This document shows positions 1 through 13,227 of a stretch of DNA of 64,000 bases, one piece after another. How positions within the stretch are numbered: position 1 is the stretch's first letter; each line of letters starts with the position of its first letter. Both the position numbers and the translations under genes were made by a program. A model generated the notes under the pieces. The model saw only the letters and a program-made list of their open reading frames with translations, was not told the DNA's origin and made no database searches. The stretch is from NCBI GenBank assembly GCA_965235115.1, contig OZ249436.1, forward strand, positions 22,694,001 through 22,758,000, given 5' to 3'. Source of the stretch: Laetmonice hystrix (Eukaryota).

Positions 1-1748
1 CTTAGGCTCATACCAGGCTTTAGAGTTGAAATGAACAGAATTAGAACTTTGTGTTCTGAAAATTTTAGTTTGTATCCATAGATCTACTTTTATCATGTTG
101 AACCCCCAAAGCTCTGTCCTGAATTTTTTATCAACTCTGTTACAACTTACTGCCGCTATCCTCGAGCTATTGCTGTATATAAGAGGTAATTAAGGAACCA
201 ATCAAATGATTTGTTTTCTGAGATGAACTTAAAGGTGCATGGTTCACCTTCCGTCTTAAAGAATCTTTCAACATATCTATATTTTAAACAAAAGTGGAGA
301 AACAAATTATAGCTTTATTCATCCATCAGCTCCGTTACATCTATAAAAGCAGAAGTAACCATAGAAACTGATCAACACAAATGGCATAAGAGATCACATA
401 GAATGTTTTTGAACCACATTTGTTTCAATTTCATTGATACCAATGATACCAAAATCATCTCCGTTACATAGTCACCTCCATGACAGAACATTTTCTTGTG
501 AGTATTTTGGACGTGCTCCCATATAATTAGCCGTAAGTAAAGAGTAAGAATAGTCGAAATTAATATTAAGCAACACAAAGTCAATGTGTCAAATCCATAA
601 AAATCAATTTATTGGTATTTGCTTATTTGCAGTTGGAAAAAAGTTACAAAAACGTATAAAAGTGCGCTGCTCGTTTCTGTTTTGGAGTCATGACATATCT
701 AGTTTTATGATAAAAAAAAGACTGCAAGATGTAAACATTTTTCCATGTCTGCAAATTGCAATTTGCTCCCAAGTTGGAGAATCGCCCATATACGCCGCTC
801 AGAAAACCCCGCGTTCAGTGTATTTTAGATTGACGCCCGCGCCCTGTGTGTTTCGCCCTTTAGACATGTGGAAATGTATCTATAGAGCCTACTGTTTTTA
901 TCAACGATATGTTTTCTCTTTGCGGATTTCAGAGTCAGGCACACATTTTCCGGGGCGTTGTCACAGGTGAACTCACATGGAGGACACGGCTGCAATACTA
1001 CAATTCGCACAATGGTCCATCCGTACCCACTACACAATACACGGACGCCAATATGCGATATGTTTACTAATGGTCAATAAATGATTGTTTATTACTTACG
1101 GAGATATTTCATACTTAGATCTATGTTTTATCTTACCCCGAGTCACCCAATATAACCCTAGCGCCGCCACTGATATCCCGAATTAAATGGTTAGATCAAT
1201 ATACATATTACGACGCCCCAATGATTACGATGACCTCATGCAGATACCAAAAAAAACATGTCAGCATTTTGCGGGATTCCCGGTAGTGTTAACCTGCACC
1301 TCCCGAGGTACAGGTTAAAAACATCCCAAAATAGCCCGCGTCGAGTGGCTAACGTGTGACGGTTCCCGCTAGACTGTGCGCTTTGCAACACTAGGTCCTG
1401 CGCGACAATTTCCACTAAGGGCTATGCAACACTTTGGCCCGCTAGGGTACCCGTTAGACACTTAACGGGAACCCGTACACATAGCGGCTTTTTATGCAAC
1501 GGCCCCCAGGTGGCCCTAAGCTTTGCCCCGGCGATGTTTTCCGATTCGAAACCCCACAAAACAAAAAGTCAAAAGTAAAAGCACTCCTAAACACGGCAGC
1601 CTAGGCCTATGTATCGGATTAAAACTCCACAGTAGTGAACAAATACCCCTGCTTAATAATAGAATATATAGGCTAATAAATTTTACTCGAATTCTATAGG
1701 CTTTCCTGAACCAGGCCGAGTGAGAGCCACCCGATGCACGGCCTGGCT

Positions 1749-2000
1749 TGTATCAACCGTTTTTGTCGCAACGTCCATTTTTGTCGCAATGCGACAAAAA
1801 TGGACAACAATGCCGTCCGGAAATGTCGCAACGGACATTGCGACATTTACGGACGGCATTGTTGTCCGGAAATGTCGCAGTGCAACATTTACGGGTGGCA
1901 ATGCCGTCCGGAAATGTCGCAACCGGAGGTTGCGACAAAAACGGACGGGAACGGGCATGTAAAACGTAAGCGTGTCCGCTATTGTCGTAATGGTGGAACG
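1749..2000 (-). mobile_element. Short non-autonomous element with TGT/ACA-type ends and internal TGTCGCAA subrepeats (copy 1)
   Basis: Reverse-complement match to 2882-3134, including both terminal segments. Confidence 0.7.
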
Positions 2001-2368
2001 GGGGGGGGGGGCTTTTATGGAGTAGAACTATTGCGTATTTAGGTTGGGATTAGGTTTTATTCAATCACGTTTAAGTTTCAAGTGAACAACCGAGTACTGA
2101 ATGTATTGTTGAAGTGTTGTGTAACCATTATTCTTGAGTATTCTTATATGCTTTATATACTTTACACTTTCACCTACTTAGGCCTACTAGTGTCAGACTG
2201 ACCATATTAATGTCTACAAACTGTGACCGCTAGGGGGCCGCCCCTCCCATATATGGAAGTGGTCTTGACCCGACCCGATCTATTTATCAGTCGCGGTCGA
2301 ACCCGAGTCGAGTAGGCGGCTGGGAGGTGAAGATGAGTGGTCAACTGGATTGTCTACAGTTTCAAGAG

Positions 2369-2608
2369 CAGGGGCGTCGGAGCGTTTGGTTGCCGGGGGG
2401 GGGAGAGTTTCCATGAGCCCATCATTTAATACATAAGGAATGATGTAGCCTACATCATTATTCTCACATTCCTACTTATTATTTATTGGCGGTGCTATTT
2501 ACCCATCTTCTGCACCCATTTTAAAATGATGGGTTTTAAAATTTTCGTCGGTCGGCAAAAGCTATAGCCTATAGGGGGCCCCCCTGCCCCCCTGTTCCGA
2601 CGCTCTTA
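2369..2608. mobile_element. G/C-tract MITE with 5-bp TSD
   Basis: caggggcgtcgga ... tccgacgctctta flanked by AAGAG on both sides. Confidence 0.6.
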
Positions 2609-2881
2609 AAGAGACGGTCAGTCGTGCCAAACAGCGGCACAGCACCACACCTATAGACACGTTTAACTTAGGCTAGTTTACACATTCCTGGATATCCGGC
2701 ACACGTAGGTCGGTCATCCGCCATGCCCATGATCCATCATCACATCCCATCGCGGCCTCGGCCACTCTCGGCCAATCAGCTTCGATGATCGTTTCCAACC
2801 CGCGGTCACATTACTATTAATGAGGCCTCGGCCCAGGACATGTGCCGCTCTCGGCCAATCAGCTTCGATGATCGTTTTCCA

Positions 2882-3134
2882 TGTTCCCCCATTACGACAA
2901 TAACGGACACGCTTACATTTTACATGCCCAATGCCGTAGGTAAATGTCGCAATGCGACATTTCCGGACGGAATTGCCGTCCGTAAATGTCGCATTGCGAC
3001 AGAAATGGACATTGCGACAAAAACGGCCGTCCGTAAATGTCGCAATGTCCGTTGCGACATTTCCGGACAGCATTGTTGTCCGGAAATGTCGCATTGCGAC
3101 AAAAATGGACGTTGCGACAAAAACGGTTGCTACA
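2882..3134 (+). mobile_element. Same family, copy 2 (inverted relative to copy 1)
   Basis: tgttcccccattacgacaa...tgcgacaaaaacggttgctaca; repeated ccgtaaatgtcgca / tgcgaca units. Confidence 0.7.
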
Positions 3135-6100
3135 CTGGCTACTCAGTGACGGCCAACCGGGCTGTAGGCTGACGCTCTGTCAAAGTTTTGCGTTCAATCA
3201 CATAGGCGGGACAGCATCATTTCCTCCTCTTTTTTAATATTTACCCTTCAGAAACCTCCATGTCCGTCCTGCCCACATTTCCCTAGACAAGTCCGAGATG
3301 ACGTGCTTCCACTACACTCTACACTACAGTACAGTCTAGGCATAATAAGTCCCGCTCGTTATATCCTCCCGCTAACTCTCAGTTAACGGGATGTTGCGTT
3401 GCATAATAATTTCCCGCCCACTACAATTCCCGTTAACTCTTGTTTTTTTAACGGGCACCAAAAAGGTCCCCGCTATTTTAACGGGGCATTTTACCGGAGC
3501 GGGCGGGGATTTTTTATGCAATGGACCTGCTGACTCTGTGGCAGCTTGTTTATTATTTTAGCTGACTGAGTTTTACCAGAAGCACGAGTAAAATCTGCTT
3601 TGCTGTGGCAGACAATGCTTTTCTACGCCTAGGCCTAGCCCGACGTATACGTGTTCTTGTTGTGACGTCGCGGCTATGGTTTCTAAGCATCCCCAGCCAG
3701 AAATGGCAGAAGTAGGCCCTCTATTATAGGCCTACAGTTGTCCGGCACAAAAAAACAATACAGTCCACAGATACGAGTGTTTGTATAATGATTTTTTAAA
3801 CGTAAATCGTAAAGGAGATTTGGAAGGAAATCACTGAGACTACTCTTTAAGTAGTAAATCCCTTCAGTTAATAGACTTCCCAGTCAATATTCCGTTCATG
3901 TTTTTGTCTACTATAGCCCACTCCCGTTGACGTCAATGATAAAAGTAGAATGAACCATGAATTCTGCACTTCATATCCCTCAGTATCAACTCCGAGCCTG
4001 CGTCAGTCAGCCTTCACGTCACCATGGTTACCTTGCTCCGGCTGCTTTGGTTTCGATAATTGAAATCCAAACAAAGGCGCCATGGAAAAATGTAATACAA
4101 GACAACCAAAGGCCGACAACAATAATTGAGATTCAGGACGATCTTTATCTTCTTCCTCTGCTTCTTTCCCCCATCCTCCTCTTCCTGAATTCTCCATATA
4201 TATATGGCGTTCGTGCTACCCATCCTCTCTTTTATCGGGGGGGGGGGGGGTGGTCGGCAGAGACTTGGTGGAGACTTGGTTCCGAATGCATGTGTTTGGA
4301 TCCAGAGCACGTGTAGAGGGTATGCCCTGGTGCCCACGAGTTCTCCTCTGACGAATAGATATATGTTGGTCATCGGTAGTTAACCACCATGCAGTAACTG
4401 TATTAGCAAAGTTCTGCCAGAAGCATGCCGATTTTGCTTGCGTCCTCCACGGGACCTGCTCTAATGTATCATTTCAATATACTACTTCCGGACAGGGACC
4501 CATCAGGAAGACTGCACAGTATTGATCATAACTTTCAACCGTGGTTGAAAGTTTTATCTTGCGTATGTGTTTGCTTGCGAATGAACCTGAACATTTTTAT
4601 GTGAGGTGATATCTTATGGTGCCTAATTATTTTTCAATTCAAACGTGAATTTAATATCAAGTGAATTTCTCTGCTGCCAATTGAAATGCCTTCCTTATTA
4701 ATCCAGCTTCAGCAGCAAACTGTAGGATAGCCTACATAAAACAAACATCACCGTTCAATTAGTCGCGAGTGGTACTCGAGTGCATGCTCAGAAGCTGGCC
4801 AGCTTCAGGGAATGCCCACTGATCGTTCGATAGCGGCCCACAATGCTGTACGCCAGGACCACGATCCCAGTCCGCCAATGATACCCCGTCGTAATACTCA
4901 GAATCTGGCTTATGGATTCCTGTTGGTTAGGCCTACTCCTTTTTCCGTCTGGCAGAAGAGACCGGTGATGTCAGGGACGGTGAACTGCTCCATCCCTGTG
5001 TGATGAGGAAAGTGAATGCCAGCTAACTTAACACCGCGGTGCAGGGACGGAAGTTTAAAACCGGCGGCAATCTTGCTGACACCGGCATTTCCTTATCTAT
5101 AGAACATATTAGATATAAATACGTCGAAGAGAAGGAGGAGCAGGAGGGGGAGCAGGAGAAGGGAAAATTGACCTGATATTATAGTGATGAGCATAATGCA
5201 TATTTACATCAAATTATCAAGATTTAATGAATACGTTGTAAACTCTTCCCGACTATTCGAGCATGCTATACAAAATTGCGTAGGAAGCTTTACTGCCATT
5301 ATGTTATTAACCTTTTGTCATCGAAAAAGATACGCTGACATCTAGCACGAAAATGTTTTCCCCTCGACTGTTCTCAGCCTCTACGCCGACACACCCACTC
5401 GTTCCATGCAAACTGACCTTTTAAATCATTTTTCTCATTTAACAATGGTTATCAGGTGCTGTGTTGATTGGTAACAAATCCGTCAGCTAGTGCACCTCCA
5501 CAGGTGAAAACAACCTGGGCGGAAACCGTAGATTGAAATTGCGTTCTATTTTTACGTCGACACTGAACTGAAGCGTTGGTCGATAATCTAATGTAATCAT
5601 GTTCTTGACACATGGGGCACTATATAGATCAACATCGTCTACACTCAAAATTCATCTGCGCTGAACGTGGCCGGTTAATAGCGGGTTCTTCATGACTTCG
5701 CCCCCCCCCCTAGTTGTACTCCCTGCCCCCTCCACCCATTATACGTAATGGCACATTGCACGTATAGACCTATTTCATGATGACGTCATAACTTGGGAAA
5801 GCCCATTTTTACGCAAAGCATCATGGGATTGATTGACGTATGCGTGGCGATAAATGAGCATCTGTTCCCATACAGATGGCTGGCTTTGATGCTCGGAGCC
5901 CTGTCATCGGGTATTCAAATAGTGATCTAATTTAGTATTTTAGTCCAGCAGAGTAGATCTACCCTCCTACCAGAACATGGAAAAATTATTGCCTCTTGGC
6001 ACCAGATAAGTAAATAAATCGAACGCACAGTTTGGATGTTTCCCTGACCCAGTCGCCGGCTGCCGTAGTACCGCCAAGCCTTGTCACCAGTTCACAATTA

Positions 6101-6601
6101 TTAAACTACATTTAAATTTATCTTGAGGGAGGGGGGGGGGCGGGAAAGTAACAAGAGGCAAGTCACTTAAAATGGTGTAGCAGTTCGAAAACCAACAGTT
6201 TTACGGCACTTGTGTAAATTAACAGAGGAATTCGGTGAGTCTTATTCGTGCAGGTCTCTAAATCCCAAAACCGAGATCATAAGAATTGACATTACGGAGG
6301 GAAATCAGCTATAGTCGCAAGTCGGTTGGCCAATTTCGGGATGATTCGAAACACTTCGGGTGTTTCCGACTAGGTAGGCCTACTTCCGTTCAACATATAG
6401 CGGCTGCAGATGATTTCTCCGAAGATTTAGATGTTTGTGTGGCATCATATTCTGACAGTCTGCGCCGTACAAGTAAACAACAAGAGTGCCTCAGTAAAAT
6501 CGAGCAGCCACGATTCGACCTCGGCAATGTTCGGCTGTCCCGGTCGGGGATTTCTAGATCAGGTCAGGGGTCACTCGAACGGCAGTAAATATATGAATTC
6601 C

Positions 6602-8585
6602 ATAAGAACTAAATACTAACCCATTAAGGAATTTGTATTTTGCTTTGATTCACCCCTATTTATATAATGGAATTAATGTGTGGTTGCTACAAACAGTCTT
6701 TTGACACCGGTCGTTAAATTGCAACTCGTTCCTCGTTCCGTCTCGGTCATCATGTTTATCATGTTTAAACCCTTAGTCAACACCCTATACTGACAAACGC
6801 GGCACGCGTTTTTCACACCCGATCATGGGGTTTGCTAAATTTCGCCAGAATAACGAGTAAATAGTTGGCTTTTGGGGTAAATCTGTTAAATACTGAAAAA
6901 CGCGGCACGCGTTTTTCACACCCGATCATGGGGTTTGCTAAATTTCGCCAGAATAACGAGTAAATAGTTGGCTTTTGGGGTAAATCTGTTAAGATTACAT
7001 GTTTCTGTGCAGTTAGGATAAGACAGAACCAGTGTGATAGGCCTACTGGAGAAAATTCGAGATTAGGATATTACTTTAAGAAAAAAGGGAGGTGTATAGC
7101 TGAAATTAAAACAATTGCTTCTTTTTCCCCGATCAATTTAATTATGTATTACTTTCGTCTTCCCAAGGTAAATAATAATGCCTGCATGGAGTAGTTAAAA
7201 AACATAATGCGAAGATAATACTGCGCAGCCATTGTAAAAAAAATGATACCAAGAATAATTCACCAGAGAGACCCAGCTGAAAAAGTGAGGAAAATGCGAG
7301 CTGGTTAAACACGTCTGATTAAACATGTTGTGATCTGAGGTCCGATGCAGCGCCATTTCTAAGGTAATCGTACTGCTTAATCTGTCCACAGTTCTTGCAG
7401 CGTTACTAAATAAAAACGTACTCCACTCTCTTTATACCGATTGGTAACGTCCTTAACTAGTTTGTTACCAACCTGGAGATCCTTAAGCTGGTCATCATTG
7501 CCTGGATAGAGTTTTCTCAACACTGTTGTCACGTCCTTAAATTAAAGAGTGCCTTGAAGGATGTAAATAGACATTTGGTTAGAACTGTCTATTGTGGACT
7601 CTATCGGATTTGATTTTGATTAAAAAAAACAAAACATGGACACTTTTCAGATCTATGGAGATAATGTTGTTTCTGAGGTTTCAAGAGCAGATTTTACGCA
7701 TCTTACGACCAGAAGCAGGACACTTAAGCCAGGAAACCATGTGTATGTAGTGTGGGCGTACTGCGGCTTAAACAATTAATTTTTCGGGAGCATAGATTAC
7801 TATCTAAAAACACTATCTATTATACGTAGAATCGAATTAAAAATATCCCACGCAGTTAGCATTTCAGGTTGTCTATAGACCTAGCCCATGCCAACCTGCA
7901 ATTAGGTTTAGCTGTACGCAGTTCAGGATTAGTTTAACCTTTACGAAATATAAGTTATCAGGAGAAGATCGTGAAGGGATTTTATAATGATGACAAGAAG
8001 CCAGAGTACATTGGCAGAAAAAAATGTTATATTTTATTGCAACAATTTACGGTATATGAGGTATGAGGGAGGGAGGGAGTTTCCCTTTGTGTTCATTTTA
8101 AATTCTGTTCATAACATACGACTTAAGTAGTTTTTTATACTTATGTATTGAACAATTAACTGTGAACTCATGTAACAAATTATACAGTCGAGGACCTGTA
8201 ACAGTGAGAGAAGTACTGAAAGCTCGGGAAACTGTAAGGGATAAGTAGATTACTATGTTGTCTTGTTATTTTGGTGCATGATATTGGTTTTGCAATAAAC
8301 ACTGACTCGATTACATCCGGAAGCAGGATATGATGTCATTTATACATGATTAGTGCGATATTATAAAGGTCGAGTTTTCCTAAATGCAGGATGTTGCTTA
8401 AAAAGAGGAGCTGAGTGGTCTCGATACCCGAAAAAGGTTATGGCCCCAATAGCTTGTTCTGCAATTTAAAGACCGGTGTCAAAAGACTGATTGTAGCAGA
8501 GCTCCACACATTAATTCCATTATTTAAATAGGGGTGAATCAAAGCAAAATTCAAATTCCTTAATGGGTTGGTATTTAGTTCTTAT
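6602..8585. mobile_element. Non-autonomous DNA element with ~120-bp TIRs
   Basis: 6602-6723 (ataagaactaaatac...ttaaattgca) is the near reverse complement of 8460-8585; internal ~103-bp tandem duplication at 6795-6992. Confidence 0.8.
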
Positions 8586-9228
8586 TATACCTTTTCACGA
8601 AATAACGAGCGCTGATTGGCTGAGCTACTAGTGTAATAAATATTTCGGTAGATTCCAGTAGATCCTATTTAGATTTGGGTAGATTTCTGTAATTCTTATT
8701 TAGATTTCGGGAGATTTTGGGCAATTTCGGTAATTTTTCATACTGGCCCGGGCCATCTTGGCTGGAACTTCACGAACTTCACGCAGTCAAGTCTCCGTGA
8801 CATTTTAGTTGAGTACGAAATTTCACGAAGCAGCCAGCCGAATGTAATCATTACTTAACGAAAAAAGATACTTCAAGAAAACGGCCAGTCGAATGGGCCT
8901 ATTGTTATCATGAACAATGTCGTCAAAATGACCTGCGTCATAATTCATCGTCATAGTTATGTCTCGGCGTCACATAAAATAGTCGCCAATACAGCGCATT
9001 TTTACTAAGTTAGAAACAATTAATCCAACTTAAATATATTACCATTAATTAATTTATGAAAAAGGTATAATAAATACAGGAACAAACTCGTGTGTGATAA
9101 CAGGATTTTTCATCAGACTCGGCGGCAAGCGCGGAGATTCACATCAGCACTTGTGCTGATATTACTCCGTGCTTGCCGCCTCGTCTGATACAGAATCCCG
9201 TATCACACACTCGGTCGTTCCTGTGTAT
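8582..9228 (+). mobile_element. IR-bounded element with terminal ~155-nt hairpin (family H1, copy 1)
   Basis: ttattataccttttca ... tgaaaaaggtataataa, then hairpin 9074-9228; both ends shared with 43702-45144. Confidence 0.75.
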
Positions 9229-10116
9229 GTCTGGAACACTCTTTACTTGACTATAGCTTCTACAGTTTTCATAGTTTGTCACTGATATTTTAGGGCATCA
9301 TGTTATATGGTTAATAGCATTTTGTGGTGAAAATTTTAGGCAGATAGGCCCAAAACTCTTTAGGCCAAAAACCCTATGTGGAAACAAATCAAAATGTCGA
9401 AAAATGCAATGCCGGAGAGCTATGTAGCTAAGTGTTACTCACCTATTTCAGTTAAAAAGGAAAAGGTGATCGGATGACTTCCTGACTTCTTCCAGAGTAA
9501 TTCCCTCCCACCTTTCCCGAATTTTCTCCTTCAGTTCCTTCTCGGCGAATTTTTGTTTGCGACCTTTAGGCCTAGGCCTATAGACTTTTTTCAGACAGGC
9601 AATCCCAAATGGTGCCCATGGGGTTTAAGTCGGGACTGGCCACCAGTTTTTGGCAGGGGGCATTTCATACATTTGACGTCACGTCATTCAGACAGAGTGG
9701 CAACAACCCTGCCTTTATTGGGACACACACCAAGAAAACTGGGTCATTCAACGCGACGGGAGTCAGTTTTTCAGGGCAGTTTCCCGCTTAAAGGGAAATG
9801 TGAGTATTCGAATCGACCACTTGAATTTTCAAAATATTTTTATGGGGGATAGCCTTTGTCCTTAGGAGTACAAAGAAACAAAAAAAATCATATGTCACCG
9901 AATTAGATTTTTTTATACAGGCCTCCGTAAAAAATGGGTGTTTACTATAGATTTCAATCGGAAAAGCAGACATTTTGACTAATAGTTAAAAAATGACCAC
10001 CAATTTTCTCCTGAAAAAAATGGTGATTACGGGTTACAGTAACCAGCAGCCTTCAATTCACTCCTATGTTAGCTTAACGATCTGGTTAATAACCAGCCTT
10101 TAGTGAGACGGGCCCC

Positions 10117-10550
10117 TGGTCCGGTTCAGTTTCCAATTGGTCCGGCCCAGATTCCAATTGGCATCCAGGCCAGCCCAGATGCCAATTGTGATGTGGTCCG
10201 GTCCAGTTTCCAATTGGTCCGGCCCAGATCCCAATTGGTATCTGGGCCAGCCCAGATGCCAATTGTGATCTGGTCCGATCCAGTTTCCAATTGGTCCGGA
10301 TCAGATCCCAATTGGTATCTGGGCCGGACCAGATTCCAATTGTGATCTGGTCCGATCCAGTTTCCAATTGGTCCGGACCAGATCCCAATTGGTATCTGGG
10401 CCGGACCAGATTCCAATTGTGATCTGGTCCGATCCAGTTTCCAATTGGTCCGGATCAGATCCCAATTGGTATCTGGGCCGGACCAGATTCCAATTGTGAT
10501 CTGGTCCGGACCAATTGGCAACTGGGCCAGATTGAGATCTGGGCCACGAC
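10117..10550. repeat. Tandem array of 77-bp units built from CCAATTG subunits (~5.5 copies)
   Basis: tggtccgatc recurs at 10271, 10348, 10425 (period 77); array ends in ...gggccacgaca. Confidence 0.92.
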
Positions 10551-10638
10551 ATATATACACAGATGCGCAAGTCAGTGGGTGATTACGCGATAGTTATGAT
10601 CCGGGGGAAATACAACCGAAGCAATAGTGAGAATCATG

Positions 10639-10900
10639 CACTGGCGGATCCAGGATTTCACTAAAAGAGGGGGGACAGGAAAACAATTCATGATTCTTTT
10701 GCATTACTAACGTTTTGTTTCTTGTATGTATAGAACTTATGTGTTATAAGTTTGAACAGTTTGCTTCATCATGTCCACTCATGACGTCCTAAGATGCACC
10801 AGTGTTGTAAATATGACAACATTATTTTAAAATGAGTATATAATTAGGGAAGGTAAAGGGGAGACACGTGTCCCCTGTGCCCCCACGTGCTCCGCCTGTG
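10639..10900. mobile_element. G/C-tract MITE with 5-bp TSD
   Basis: cactggcggat ... tccgcctgtg flanked by TCATG on both sides. Confidence 0.75.
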
Positions 10901-11026
10901 TCATGGGCAATAACAAAACTGATCAAACTTTTTTAGATGGCGTATATGCCTATAAGAGGGGTCCTCTCCAGAGTACCGACATAGACATCACATATAGGAG
11001 CAATTATTACCTCTCGGTCTCGTTAT

Positions 11027-11270
11027 TATGGCAAGCCGTTTTAACATATATTCCGATTTAGTGATATCACGAAATGAAATCGACATATCTGCAAGTCATT
11101 TCTTGATATCACAAAATCATTAGGGATATCGAATAAGAATTAGTCATATCAAGAAATGAATTACCGATATCAGAAATAAAATTGCAGATATCACTAAATG
11201 AATTAGCGATATCAAGAAATGAATTAGAGATGTCGCAAATTTCGGAATATACGTTAAAGGGCTTACCATA
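11027..11270. mobile_element. MITE with ~30-bp TIRs and internal ~22-bp gatatc...aaatga subrepeats
   Basis: tatggcaagccgttttaacatatattccga vs tcggaatatacgttaaagggcttaccata. Confidence 0.7.
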
Positions 11271-12799
11271 CGTCTTTGCCAAACCTATTAAAGAGATACA
11301 ATGGACAACACTAGTCTCAAGTAAAGCTTATACCAGGGGCCCGTTTCATAACTCGTTAAGAAAATGCGTTAATTAGTACGCGCTCGTTTATATACTAGCG
11401 CCAAGTTTAACGCATTTTGCGTAACGCCGTTTCATAACTCGTAAAATGATCGCGCGTAAAAAGATGTACGTTGGGTTCGTTAATATACGCATTCGTGATT
11501 TAACGCTGAAAAGGCCGCTTGTGCTTGCGAAAAATATTAAATTTAGAGATCATACCATGGCTGCGCCACCAATCACCACCTTGCGGTTCGATTGCGTACT
11601 ACAAGATTTATTAGAAGATTATCGGCTTAAGTAGGCCACAATCATCCTCAAAATGTTCTAGTTTGAAGAGGTGAGTATAAAGCTTAGTAGTGCAATCTCG
11701 TACATTTCGTCAGAGGACGCGGATGTGAAAGGAGAGGAGCGTTCTTTCCAGAAAAATATATTGTCATCAGGTTTTAGTCATGCGCCCCCAATAGTTATCT
11801 CTAAATCTGTGTTATCATAATATTTTGATTACTGCTATTTTGTAGCGCCAACGCTTACGGGCCAAGTTTTGGTGGAAGAGGATTCACAAACACAGGGGCT
11901 CACCTCCGTTGTGCCAGGTGTGGGAACCGAGGGGTGGGGGCAAGGTGGCGATTCCCCAACTTTGTATTGGCGGGAATAATATTGTTTCGCCCCAATCTAA
12001 TTAAAATTAGTTATTGGTATTCCGCGTCTATATCGGTTGTGCCAGTGCTGTCTCCGCTCCATACCTATATAGTATGGAACACATGCGATATAACTAAGAT
12101 CTAATTTTCATTAGATTGAGTTTCGCCCCCTCCCTATTATTTGCCAGTTATATTTTAATAACAGAGATATGCCACTGCCAGGAGACCAAAAATGGATTCC
12201 AAGCATCACAATATTATGATGTCCTATTCAGTGGCAGCAGTAAGGAGACAAAGTTTACTCGTTGATGCATATTTGATGAAGCACTGCAGTGATGCGGGGG
12301 GGGGGGGTTCCAGGATTTTGTAACGTGGGGTTCAGAGGTAAAATTTGCTAAGGGGGAGGGGTCAGCACGGTCAATTCAGATGTTCTATCGGGGAAAAAGA
12401 GACATTGGTTGACAAGGGGGCTTTGAAACCCCACCCCCCACCCCCACCCCTAGCGCTTTGCCGGGCCATGCCCCAGTCCCCCCCCCCCCTCCAATGAAAA
12501 TATGGTTCCACGCCTATGGTCCCTATCCTAAAAGGAAACGAACCAAGCGTTGCTAAAGTTTAAATACAATATGTGTTGGTGACACGAACTGTATGTAGTG
12601 TGTTTATTGCAAGAAAATATATTATCTATGAATGACAGGTTCTCTGGTATGAAAACCGCGATGATTCATTGTCTGCCCCCGTCTCCTTGTTGAGCCTCTG
12701 CTAAATGACGGCTAGATAGAGAGGAAGAGGCATGTATAATTATTGGTATCCCGCGATTAATTGCAATATTGTGAAGACATGTTATTGCCAATACTAACA

Positions 12800-13227
12800 G
12801 TTACCCCATGTTTGCTTACGTAGTACGGATTATAACCTAGCCTTGGTATGGCCAACCAAGGCTAGGTTATAATCCGTACTACGTAAAAGCAAACATGGGG
12901 CAACGATTTTATCACAGTTCCAGTCCTCACATTAGATTAGATGTAGTCATTAAATTCGGCAAAACGCCTTTTTGAAGTTTTGCAGTCATTTACACTGTGG
13001 CCACAGGCACAGGCATGTCTGCTATAATTGTGACGTCACAGTATGGGAGCTGCAGCCAAAACGGTAGGATAGAAAAATGACCTGTTTGACCGGCAGATGG
13101 CGCGACGACTACTACTATAGGATGGCCCATCCTACCCGTTTGGTGCGATGTTACCGAGTACGGCTTCATATCGCGTGGGCCTGGACCAATCAGAAAGCGG
13201 CATTGTTACTGGAACTGTGATAAAATC
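12800..13227 (-). mobile_element. IR-bounded element with terminal near-perfect hairpin (family H2, copy 1)
   Basis: Hairpin 12800-12904 abutting gattttatcacagttccagt (12905) ... actggaactgtgataaaatc (13227). Confidence 0.78.

Noticed and set aside
1683..3237. Cluster of overlapping Cys/Arg-rich ORFs
   Set aside because: They arise in all frames from the tgtcgca subrepeats of two element copies.
4003..5003. Possible minus-strand exons (hydrophobic stretch with AG|GTAACC donor near 4031; coding-like 4800-5000)
   Set aside because: No recognisable domain, stops in all candidate frames and no partner exons found; cannot be supported without RNA data.
10086..10570. Repetitive ORFs and a CRISPR-like look of the 77-bp array
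   Set aside because: Contiguous tandem units with no unique spacers; 77 is not a multiple of 3, so the ORFs are by-products; eukaryotic context with no cas genes.
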